From: Candidatus Odinarchaeota archaeon
GTDB lineage: Archaea; Asgardarchaeota; Odinarchaeia; Odinarchaeales; Odinarchaeaceae
Direction of reading: 5' to 3'
NCBI GenBank assembly: GCA_038826135.1
Contig: JAWBON010000024.1
Coordinates: 424-17,385, forward strand
DNA length: 16,962 nt
The notes beneath the pieces were generated by a model. The model saw only the letters and a program-made list of their open reading frames with translations. It was not told the DNA's origin and ran no database searches. The position numbers and the translations under genes were made by a program. How positions within the stretch are numbered: position 1 is the first letter of the stretch; each line of letters starts with the position of its first letter. Shown here in pieces: positions 1 to 8,168 of this stretch.

Positions 1-1
1 T

Positions 2-775
2 TCAGCAAGTTACGAGTATTTTAACACACCTAGTGGAGGCTTAATTAACGTGGAGGCGGAGATAAAGGGTTCCAGTCAACCATATAAGTATATTGTGTTA
101 GGAACTCACTACGATTCTATAAGTAACGGTGAGAGTGCGCCTGGTGCTGTTGATAACGCGGCTTCCGTTGCAATAATGATGGAGTTATGCAGATTAATTC
201 CAAAGTATAATCTAGCGAAGAGCGTTAAACTGTTATTTTTCAGCGCGGAGGAGATTGGTAGATACGGATCTTTAAACTGGGTTAATAGAAACCATGAGAT
301 AAGAGAGAATATATCCGCGGTTTTAATACTTGATATGGTTGCTTATGGAAACAGTTTAGTATTAGATTATAACAGTGTTTCAAAACCGTTGGCGGATTAT
401 ATACTGGAGAAAACCAGTTTTAAAAACTATTTAACTGTTGAAGCTAATAATTATTTAAGTGATCATCAAAGCTTCTGGTCTGCTAACATGCCGGCTGTGC
501 TAATACACCAGAACGATCCATTAGAATATCCTTACTACCATACACCGGAAGACACTGTTGATAAAGTTGATTTTAACATGTTAATGTTAACCGCTTCAAT
601 AACGTTGGAGGCCGCTTATTACTTAGCCACAGACCTTAATTTTGAAAACCTATATTATGGTGTAAATCTTATTTACCCTATTATAATCTTAAGTTTACCT
701 ATAGCTTTCTTAACATGTTTGGGTGTAATAATAAAATTTAAGAATCGGAGGTCTAGCTCTGAGAACAGCTCTTAG
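2..775 (+). CDS. M28-family zinc (amino)peptidase with C-terminal transmembrane anchor; 5'-truncated by the window edge
   Basis: The frame is open from base 2 (SASYEYFNTPSGGLINVEAEIKG), so the GTG at 50 is internal. M28 metal-ligand motifs are present: THYDS, GAVDNAAS, AEE, LDM, YYH. A hydrophobic C-terminal helix is followed by KFKNRR. TAG at 773-775. Confidence 0.9.
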   Translation, partial: SASYEYFNTPSGGLINVEAEIKGSSQPYKYIVLGTHYDSISNGESAPGAVDNAASVAIMMELCRLIPKYNLAKSVKLLFFSAEEIGRYGSLNWVNRNHEIRENISAVLILDMVAYGNSLVLDYNSVSKPLADYILEKTSFKNYLTVEANNYLSDHQSFWSANMPAVLIHQNDPLEYPYYHTPEDTVDKVDFNMLMLTASITLEAAYYLATDLNFENLYYGVNLIYPIIILSLPIAFLTCLGVIIKFKNRRSSSENSS

Positions 776-2096
776 CATAGCCGGCTCAGATCCTAGTAGT
801 GGAGCGGGTGTGGCGGCGGATATTCTCACATTCAACGCGCTTGGAGTGCACGGTGTTTTTATTATAACCGCGGTTACAGCTCAGACACTTAACAGGGTTT
901 TTAAAATTCGGAAAATAGATCAGGAGGATTTCTCAGCTCAGATGGAGGCTGTCTTCAAAAGTTTTAAACCTGACGCTGTGAAAACAGGGCTTATCAGCAC
1001 CCCTTACCAGGCTAAACTTATCCGGGAATATATAAGCAAATATAATCTAAGATTAGTAGCTGACCCTGTGTTCAAAGCCAGCGATGGTACTGTTTTCTCA
1101 GATGAGGAGACCGTTAATGAATTAATAAGGGGAGTATACCCTAAGACGGTTCTAATCACACCTAATATTTCAGAAGCGGAGATTATAGCAGGGTGTGAGA
1201 TTAAAGTTTTAAGAGATGCTATCGACGCGTCTCATGTTTTAGTTAAACGCGGTCTCAAAGCTGTTTTAATCAAGGGGGGTCATTTAAACACCGCAGGCGA
1301 GGTCTTAGATGTATTAAATATAGGCGGCGAGGTTAAAATATTTAGAAAAACACGTCTAATGCACGGTAAGATTCACGGCACAGGTTGCATTCTATCAGCT
1401 GCGATAACATCTTACATCGCTAAAGGCTGTTCTATAAGTGAGGCTGTGATGCGCGGTGAAGAGTATTTTAACAGGCTTTTTATACACCCGTTAATTTTAA
1501 AAGATGGAGGGGGCTTGCTTCAACCATTTAAATTTTTAAGTGACTGTTCTGAAAAACTTGATGTATTAAATGAGATAAATTATGCAGTTAATATTTTAAC
1601 CAGAATCACTGAATTTATCACTCCGTTTATAGATGAGGAGAGCGTTCTCGCCTTCTCGATAAGTAAACCAGTAGATATTGGGGATGTTGCTTCTTTAAAA
1701 TTGAAAGGAAATAATGTAAAAGACTCCTTCAGATTAGATTGCCCTACCTTCGGTTTAGATAATCTTGCTGCGAGAGTTATTTTATCGGTTAAAAAATGGT
1801 TTCCACTTATCAGAGCGGGGCTAAGCCTTCCATACAATAATAAGCTGGTAAGGAGCATAGAAAAAACTGATGAATTCCAGTATATTCAAGTTTACTTTAA
1901 AGAGTTTTTAACAGGTACTATGGATTTATTTGAAGAGACATGTAAAAATCTAAGTAGAAGATTGGCTGACGGGATTTTAGATTTTTTAATACTGTTTTTA
2001 GAAGACACGCCTTATAGAATAATAATTTTAGGTGAAAACAGTTTTGAAGTGATTTATAAATTAATTAAAATTTTAAAAAAGAGTGAGGGGTTTTAA
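759..2096 (+). CDS. thiD: Hydroxymethylpyrimidine/phosphomethylpyrimidine kinase ThiD fused to a divergent C-terminal ThiN-like domain
   Basis: In-frame sequence upstream of the track start reads (M)RTALSIAGSDPSSGAGVAAD, the ThiD N-terminal motif. Also VKTG, DPV, ITPN, KGGH and HGTGC. The start is placed at CTG 759 with GGAGGT at 747-752; an in-frame TAA lies at 732-734. The C-terminal ~180 aa resemble ThiN (P.FG....AR, TM). Confidence 0.9.
   Translation: MRTALSIAGSDPSSGAGVAADILTFNALGVHGVFIITAVTAQTLNRVFKIRKIDQEDFSAQMEAVFKSFKPDAVKTGLISTPYQAKLIREYISKYNLRLVADPVFKASDGTVFSDEETVNELIRGVYPKTVLITPNISEAEIIAGCEIKVLRDAIDASHVLVKRGLKAVLIKGGHLNTAGEVLDVLNIGGEVKIFRKTRLMHGKIHGTGCILSAAITSYIAKGCSISEAVMRGEEYFNRLFIHPLILKDGGGLLQPFKFLSDCSEKLDVLNEINYAVNILTRITEFITPFIDEESVLAFSISKPVDIGDVASLKLKGNNVKDSFRLDCPTFGLDNLAARVILSVKKWFPLIRAGLSLPYNNKLVRSIEKTDEFQYIQVYFKEFLTGTMDLFEETCKNLSRRLADGILDFLILFLEDTPYRIIILGENSFEVIYKLIKILKKSEGF
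2075..2080 (-). terminator. Candidate oligo-T terminator for the thermosome gene
   Basis: T6 run on the minus strand about 20 nt past the thermosome stop, inside the convergent thiD 3' end. Confidence 0.3.
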
Positions 2097-2099
2097 GGG

Positions 2100-3779
2100 T
2101 TACATCATGCCGGGCATGCCACCCATTCCCGCTCCGCCACCAGGTCCGCCTTCAGGCATACCAGTGGGTTTCTCAGTTGTCTTAGCAGCTATAACATCGT
2201 CTATTCTGAGAATCATAACAGCGGCTTCACTTGCAGCTTTGATTATCTGTTTTTTAACTATGTACGGTTCTATTACCCCCGCTTTATGCATGTCACTTGG
2301 TTTCCCTGTGTCGAGATTCACACCGTAGGAGAGGCCTCTAGTTTTATCCTCGTGTTTAGCTCTAAGCTCTACGAGAATATCCATAGGGTCATACCCGCCG
2401 TTCTCAGCTAATGTTACAGGGATTATTTCAACAGCGTCAGCGAATGCTTGAATAGCCAGCTGCTCTCTTCCACCTACTGTTCCAGCGTAGTCTCTTAATC
2501 GTTTAGCGATCTCTATTTCAACAGCTCCGCCGCCCGGTACTATTTTACCTGTTTCGATAACATCCCTTACAACGCAGAGACTGTCATGTAACGCTCGCTC
2601 AGCTTCATCTACAACGTGGTCTGTTCCTCCTCGTATCAGTATGCTGACAGCTTTCGGATTCTTGCATTCTCTGACGAATATAAGTTCGCCGCCTGCGATT
2701 TTAAGCTCCTCTACAACTTTAGCGTAGCCTAACTGGTTTTCTGTTAAATCATCTAAATTAGATACCATGACCCCGCCTGTTGTCTTCGCTAGTTTCTCCA
2801 TATCACTTCTCTTAACTCTTCTAGCGGCTAGTATCCCTGCTTTAGCTAAATAGTGTTGAGCTAAATCATCTATCCCTTTCTCACAGAATAAAACGTTAGC
2901 ACCTGACTTAACTATTTTATCCACGTACCCTTTCAGTATCTTCTCCTCTTCAGCTAAGAATGCTTTCATCTGAGCTGGATCTGAGATTCTGATCTGTGCG
3001 TCAAACTCCGGTTTCTCAACTTCTAAGGGTGCGTCTATTAAAGCTATCTTAGCGTTTTCAACACGTTTCGGCATACCAGGGTGAACAACTTCTTTATCAA
3101 TAATCATACCTCTTACAAGCTCTGTCTCAGCCAGACTTTTACCATGTTTCTTCACTATGTTGATAAGCTCTATGTCGGCTTTCAGAGAGCCGTCGTCTTC
3201 TCTGGTTATTTGTCTAACAGCTTCTACAGCTAGATTAGCGAAATGCTCTTTAGCTGTAGCTAAGGATTTGCTGTTCATTGAGGTTATAGCGATTTTTTTA
3301 AGTGTTTCATTGTCATCGGATTTAACTGTTTGAGCTATTTCGTTTAAAAATTCAACAGCTTTATCTGCAGCCTTCTTATATCCGCTTACAATTATTGTTG
3401 GATGAATGTTTTGATCAAGCAAGTCTTCCGCTCTCTTTAGAAGCTCGCCTGCTAAAACAACTATGCTAGTTGTTCCGTCACCAACTTCGTCATCCTGTGT
3501 TTTAGCAACTTCAACCATCATTTTAGCAGCTGGGTGCTGGACATCCATTTCGTCAAGGATTGTTGCACCATCATTTGTTATTACGACATCGCCTAGGCTG
3601 TCAACAAGCATTTTATCCATTCCTCTAGGGCCTAGTGATGTTCTAACTGCTTCTGCTATGGCTCTTGCAGCGCTAATATTAGCAGATTGGGCTTCTTTTC
3701 CACGGGATCTGGTTGTTCCCTCTTTTAATATTAAAACTGGAGTGTTTCCTATTCTTCCTAATTGGGCTTGTGCTGACAT
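2100..3779 (-). CDS. ths: Thermosome (group II chaperonin) subunit
   Basis: [22 protein letters not shown] and PGGGAVE motifs, with a GGM-rich C-terminal tail. ATG at 3779-3777, TAA at 2102-2100. The alpha/beta assignment cannot be made from this sequence alone. Confidence 0.98.
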   Translation of the reverse strand: MSAQAQLGRIGNTPVLILKEGTTRSRGKEAQSANISAARAIAEAVRTSLGPRGMDKMLVDSLGDVVITNDGATILDEMDVQHPAAKMMVEVAKTQDDEVGDGTTSIVVLAGELLKRAEDLLDQNIHPTIIVSGYKKAADKAVEFLNEIAQTVKSDDNETLKKIAITSMNSKSLATAKEHFANLAVEAVRQITREDDGSLKADIELINIVKKHGKSLAETELVRGMIIDKEVVHPGMPKRVENAKIALIDAPLEVEKPEFDAQIRISDPAQMKAFLAEEEKILKGYVDKIVKSGANVLFCEKGIDDLAQHYLAKAGILAARRVKRSDMEKLAKTTGGVMVSNLDDLTENQLGYAKVVEELKIAGGELIFVRECKNPKAVSILIRGGTDHVVDEAERALHDSLCVVRDVIETGKIVPGGGAVEIEIAKRLRDYAGTVGGREQLAIQAFADAVEIIPVTLAENGGYDPMDILVELRAKHEDKTRGLSYGVNLDTGKPSDMHKAGVIEPYIVKKQIIKAASEAAVMILRIDDVIAAKTTEKPTGMPEGGPGGGAGMGGMPGMM

Positions 3780-3847
3780 TAGCAGATTCCCCCTTAACTG
3801 GTTTAATTAAAATGTAAAGTAAATCATTTTTTCAGTAATTATACTTC

Positions 3848-3862
3848 TATATAAATTTTTCC
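3848..3862 (-). promoter_or_regulatory. BRE + TATA promoter of the thermosome gene
   Basis: Minus strand reads GGAAAAA-TTTATATA, about 70 nt upstream of the ATG. An SD-like AGGGGGA precedes the ATG. Confidence 0.6.
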
Positions 3863-3869
3863 ATTAGAA

Positions 3870-5234
3870 CTAAACTTGTTCAACAGGGTAGCCGCGGCCG
3901 ATCCAGGCGGAGAAACCTCCTAAAACACCGGAAACCTGTCTAAAACCTTTTTTAAGAAGCAGGCTTACAGCTATACTGGTTTTAAACCCTGAATCACAGT
4001 ACACGCAGATCATCTTATTATCAGGAATCTCGTTTAAACGGTCTTTAAGGTGACCTACATAAATATTATACGCGTTTTTGATAAAACCAAGCTCACTGTA
4101 AGTTCTTTCATCTCTAACATCTAATAGAAATATTTCTTCACTGAAAAGTTTTTCCTTAAGTTCAGTGACGGTTAAAACTCCACTCTTGGCAACCGGTTCC
4201 CCGCTCTTATACCAGTCGAATATATTATTTAAATATCCTTCAATACCATCAAACCCTAATCTGAAAAGATATCTGACAATGCTATCCATGTTCTGACTGT
4301 TATCTTTCACTATTATAATAGGATCCTCATAGTTGAGTATCCAGCCTGCAAATAACGGCAGCCCACTAGCCCATATGTTAACACTACCCGGTATATGCGC
4401 GGAGGCGAATGAGTCTGGTGTTCTAACATCAACTATCTGAACTTCACTTTCATAAAACTGTTTAAAATCTTTAACTGATAATGGTTTAGGGTTAGGTAAC
4501 CCCTTCACCGGAGGACCTTCCCTGTTATATATCTCCATCCGCTTAAAATAGGGGGGTCTTTCAAGCCTCTCATTCAATTTATGTTTAACAAAATCATCTC
4601 TATCTTTAATTTTAAGCACTCGATTAGTTTTCTTCTCATAACCTATAGTAGTAAAACCTCTAACACTTATATTACCACCGCAAACGGAGCCTGCCCCGTG
4701 ACCTGGTAAGACCACCACACCGTCCCCGAGTTTTAAAACCCTCTCAAAAAGGCTTTCATATAAAGCTTCAGAGAGTCTTTTAACATGACGTTCACCGTAA
4801 AGATCAGTCCTTCCAACGTCACCCGCAAATAATGTATCACCTGTGAAAACAGCGAAAACACCTGTTTCACCCTGCTCTTTTAATGTGAAGGATAAGCTTT
4901 CATCTGTGTGACCTGGTGTTTCTAGAACGCCGATTTCAAGATTACCTATTTTAAAAACATCGCCTTCAAAAGCTTTCTCACCGTAAGTGAAATCCAGTTT
5001 TGAACCGTGATATATTCTAGCCCCTGTGATCTTAGAAAGCTCTAAAGAGCCTACAGTATAATCTTCATTTCTATGGGTTTCGAATATGCTGATTATTTTC
5101 TGGTTATATGTTTTAGATAGTTGAATATAGGCGTCAACATCTCTACGCGGGTCTATTACAGCCGCTTCAAGTCCTGATCCAATATAATATGAGTAGTGGG
5201 CTATACCCTCAGAGGTGATTTTTTCAATGATCAT
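3870..5234 (-). CDS. MBL-fold (persulfide dioxygenase/ETHE1-like) domain + pseudo-rhodanese + rhodanese fusion, CstB-like architecture
   Basis: Encoded on the MINUS strand (CAT at 5232-5234, CTA at 3870-3872); the track label is wrong. Motifs: VIDPRRD, THRNEDY, TPGHT, TGDTLF, PGHGAGSVCG; Cys-less rhodanese (DVR..F...HIPGS); active rhodanese loop YCDSGFK. Confidence 0.88.
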   Translation of the reverse strand: MIIEKITSEGIAHYSYYIGSGLEAAVIDPRRDVDAYIQLSKTYNQKIISIFETHRNEDYTVGSLELSKITGARIYHGSKLDFTYGEKAFEGDVFKIGNLEIGVLETPGHTDESLSFTLKEQGETGVFAVFTGDTLFAGDVGRTDLYGERHVKRLSEALYESLFERVLKLGDGVVVLPGHGAGSVCGGNISVRGFTTIGYEKKTNRVLKIKDRDDFVKHKLNERLERPPYFKRMEIYNREGPPVKGLPNPKPLSVKDFKQFYESEVQIVDVRTPDSFASAHIPGSVNIWASGLPLFAGWILNYEDPIIIVKDNSQNMDSIVRYLFRLGFDGIEGYLNNIFDWYKSGEPVAKSGVLTVTELKEKLFSEEIFLLDVRDERTYSELGFIKNAYNIYVGHLKDRLNEIPDNKMICVYCDSGFKTSIAVSLLLKKGFRQVSGVLGGFSAWIGRGYPVEQV

Positions 5235-5244
5235 AGTGGTTCAC

Positions 5245-6126
5245 TTACCAAGGGTTTTTACCTGTCACAGTCGGGTTTTCCGGGTATGAGGACCACTCCG
5301 TGAAGGACCCTTCATAAATCTGAACTCGAGGGTATTTAAGAAGCCATTTAAAAAGAATAAACTCGTTAGTTGCTTCCCTTCCGGTTCCGCATGAGCAGAT
5401 GATTGTCTTACTCGGTGATGCCCCAACCGATTCTACAATAGTTTTCAGTTCTTTTTCCGGTTTTAGAAAACATTTATTCTGATCGTCCATCAGGGTAACC
5501 CATGGAAGATTTACAGCTCCAGGGATATGCCCAGGCTTGATCCAAGGGCCTTGCCCCTCATAGAATTTACTGGGTCTTGCATCTAACACTATAACATCAT
5601 CTTTATCCTTAATATTTTTGAACTCACCGTATTCTATGAAATATTCTTTTTTAACCTCTGCTTTAAAATCTGTTTCACTTATTTTCGGAAAGACCTTAGT
5701 TAAGGGCTTATTCTCCTTCTTCCATTTATCTATTCCACCGTCTAAAACATAAACAATTTTATGACCGAATCTGGCTAGCGAGTACGCTACCATAGTCTGG
5801 TCAAGACCATCCCCGAGACCTTTAAAACCACCAATCCCTGAGTATACCACGACCGGTTTGTTTTTCTCAACTCCCATGTTGCTGAATAAAGCGCCGGCTA
5901 CTACTGGGCTTATATACTTGCCGGGCATACCTTTTACACTCAGTCTTAAAAGTTTATCAGAAAAATATACGGCGCCAGGAATATGCTCCATTATATAGTC
6001 GTGAATATCGGGTTGACAGTCAACTATCCGAAAATTATCATCGTTTAAGTGCTCGTGCAACCAGTCTGTTGAAACCCATTTAACCACCCCATCACCAGCA
6101 GGATATGGGTAAGTTGTTATCATCAT
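5245..6126 (-). CDS. Tandem-domain rhodanese / thiosulfate or 3-mercaptopyruvate sulfurtransferase (SseA/CysA-like)
   Basis: MINUS strand (CAT at 6124-6126, TTA at 5245-5247), with GGAGG upstream. Motifs: VSTDWL, EHIPGA, LDGG..KW, LDAR, GHIPGA, active loop [14 protein letters not shown]. Confidence 0.92.
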   Translation of the reverse strand: MMITTYPYPAGDGVVKWVSTDWLHEHLNDDNFRIVDCQPDIHDYIMEHIPGAVYFSDKLLRLSVKGMPGKYISPVVAGALFSNMGVEKNKPVVVYSGIGGFKGLGDGLDQTMVAYSLARFGHKIVYVLDGGIDKWKKENKPLTKVFPKISETDFKAEVKKEYFIEYGEFKNIKDKDDVIVLDARPSKFYEGQGPWIKPGHIPGAVNLPWVTLMDDQNKCFLKPEKELKTIVESVGASPSKTIICSCGTGREATNEFILFKWLLKYPRVQIYEGSFTEWSSYPENPTVTGKNPW

Positions 6127-6258
6127 AAATCCTCCAATTTTTTATTAATACAAATATTATTTTAATATTTAAATCTGCCTATACTGTAAAAGTAAATATT
6201 TAAGAGAGAGCCAAACTTGATATCACACATTAAAAATTTTGAATACAAGAGTGGTTAA

Positions 6259-8013
6259 ATGCTGGATGAACAGGTCACTGGAAAAATATTAGTCTATACG
6301 TTAGAGAACGCTTTAAAATTTGATGGTAAAGCTAATCCGAAAGCCGTTTTAGGTAAGATTCTATCAGAGTTCCCTCATCTTAAAACCGAGATAGAGAATT
6401 TGATGAAGAGAATTAATGAAACAGTTGAACATGTAAACTCTATGAGTTTAGATAAGCAGAGAGAGGAGTTTAACAAAATAGCAGGCGGAGAGCCGACTAA
6501 AAGTAAACATAAAGAAGAAAAGCAGCTACCGCAACTTCCGAACGTGGAGAAATACAGCAAGATAATTATGAGACTGGCCCCCTATCCCTCAGGACCATTA
6601 CATATAGGCAATCTTAGAATGGTGATCTTAAACGACGAATACGTGAAAAAATACAGAGGGGAACTCTATCTAATATACGATGACACGATCGGAAGCGAAG
6701 AGAAGGTAATTTTACCTGAAGCCTACGATTATATAAGAGAAGGATTAGACTGGCTTAACGTTAAAGTTGATAAAGTATTCTATAAGTCTGAGCGGCTTAA
6801 CATATTCTATGAATGGTGTAGAAGAATTATAAGCGAGGGTAAAGCCTACGTGTGCACTTGCAACCCTGAAATATGGCGTCAAAAATTCAAGTTAAAAAAA
6901 GCCGACTGCCCTTGCAGAACGCAAACAGTATCGCAAAACCTGGATAAATGGGATAAAATGTTAAACGGAACCTATGGTGAAGGGGAGGCGGCTGTAAGAG
7001 TTAAGACAAGTATGAGTGAACCTGACCCTGCTTTAAGGGATCATGTTATAATGAGAATATCCGATAAACCTCATCCTAGAGTTGGAACCAAATACAGGGT
7101 TTGGCCTCTCTTAGAATTCTCATGGGCTGTTGACGATTACCTGTTAAATATCACTCATATATTAAGGGGTAAAGACTTGATCAAAGAAGACAAGGTTGAG
7201 GAAATCATATGGGATTTGTTAGGAGTGCCTAAACGGGAATTCATTCACTACGGGAGAATAAGATTCCAAGGACTTTCTTTAAGTAAATCTAAATCTGCTA
7301 AATATGTTAAAGAAGGTAAATACATAGGATGGCGGGATCCTAGAACATGGAGTTTGCAATCTCTTCAAGCAAGAGGGTTCAGACCTGAAGCGATAAGAGA
7401 GGCTATACTGGATTTAGGGTTAAGTTTATCCGATATCGAATACAGTCCTGAAATATTATACTCTTTCAACAGGAGGATTATCGACCCTGAGGTAAACCGG
7501 TTATTCTATGTGGAGGATCCGGTTGAGCTTAAAATCATTGGGCTGAAGGCCCCTGAATTAAAAGCTGAACCGCCTAACCACCCTGACTTTCCAGAGAGAG
7601 GGAGAAGAAACATAATTTTAAAAGTGGATGGCGATACGGCTACAGTTTTAATATCCACTTCAGACGCTAGAAAGCTTTCAACAGGGGAAAAGATAAGACT
7701 GAAAGACTTGGCTAATATTCAAATAAAATTAAAGGATGATAGATACCAGGCAGAATACTTGAGCAAAAGTATTGAGGAGGCTAGAATTCAAGGTATTAAA
7801 AAAATAATTCAATGGGTGCCAGTCTATTCTAAAATAACAGTTGAAGTCGTAATGCCTGATGGTAGTTTAACAAACGGTTTAGCTGAACCTGAAGCCGGTA
7901 AACTTAAGGTAGATGATATCATCCAGTTTGAAAGATTCGGATTTATAAGAGTTGACAGTGTTAAATGTGAAAATAATAAATATAAGATAAAAGCATTCTA
8001 CCTCCATAAATAG
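6259..8013 (+). CDS. gltX: Glutamate--tRNA ligase, archaeal type
   Basis: RLAPYPSGPLHIGN (HIGH motif), YDDT, CTC...CPCR zinc site, HILRGKD, LSKS (KMSKS equivalent), QFERFGF. Archaeal N-terminal NALKFDGKANPKAVLGK extension. Confidence 0.97.
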   Translation: MLDEQVTGKILVYTLENALKFDGKANPKAVLGKILSEFPHLKTEIENLMKRINETVEHVNSMSLDKQREEFNKIAGGEPTKSKHKEEKQLPQLPNVEKYSKIIMRLAPYPSGPLHIGNLRMVILNDEYVKKYRGELYLIYDDTIGSEEKVILPEAYDYIREGLDWLNVKVDKVFYKSERLNIFYEWCRRIISEGKAYVCTCNPEIWRQKFKLKKADCPCRTQTVSQNLDKWDKMLNGTYGEGEAAVRVKTSMSEPDPALRDHVIMRISDKPHPRVGTKYRVWPLLEFSWAVDDYLLNITHILRGKDLIKEDKVEEIIWDLLGVPKREFIHYGRIRFQGLSLSKSKSAKYVKEGKYIGWRDPRTWSLQSLQARGFRPEAIREAILDLGLSLSDIEYSPEILYSFNRRIIDPEVNRLFYVEDPVELKIIGLKAPELKAEPPNHPDFPERGRRNIILKVDGDTATVLISTSDARKLSTGEKIRLKDLANIQIKLKDDRYQAEYLSKSIEEARIQGIKKIIQWVPVYSKITVEVVMPDGSLTNGLAEPEAGKLKVDDIIQFERFGFIRVDSVKCENNKYKIKAFYLHK

Positions 8014-8022
8014 GAAACACTA

Positions 8023-8028
8023 TTTTTT
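8023..8028 (+). terminator. Candidate oligo-T terminator after gltX
   Basis: T6 run 10 nt after the TAG stop. Confidence 0.4.
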
Positions 8029-8168
8029 AAATCTTAACTGTGAAAAATCGTTCGTAACTTTTTAAGATGATCATCCCTCAGATAGACCCCCGCCAAGAGA
8101 GTTAAATCAAATAATAATTTATAAGATTATAGCAGAATAGTATTAACTAAACTTACTAAGTGATATTT

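Noticed and set aside
2100-2170. GGM-repeat C-terminal tail of the thermosome
   Set aside because: A well-known feature of chaperonins, not a novel repeat.
2083-2328. Pro-rich 81-aa plus-strand ORF ([15 protein letters not shown])
   Set aside because: It is the antisense shadow of the thermosome GGM tail. Gly codons read as Pro on the other strand.
3870-6126. Plus-strand labels in the ORF track for 3870..5234 and 5245..6126 (also 12870..13562)
   Set aside because: The listed proteins translate only from the reverse complement. Start codons appear as CAT/CAA at the high coordinate and stops as CTA/TTA/TCA at the low coordinate.
8040-8110. Possible C/D-box sRNA on the minus strand (CTGA followed by GATGATC) or a tRNA 3'-end/att remnant (CCCCCGCCA)
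   Set aside because: No proper terminal C box (RTGATGA) or D box, no integrase, and no second copy forming a direct repeat.
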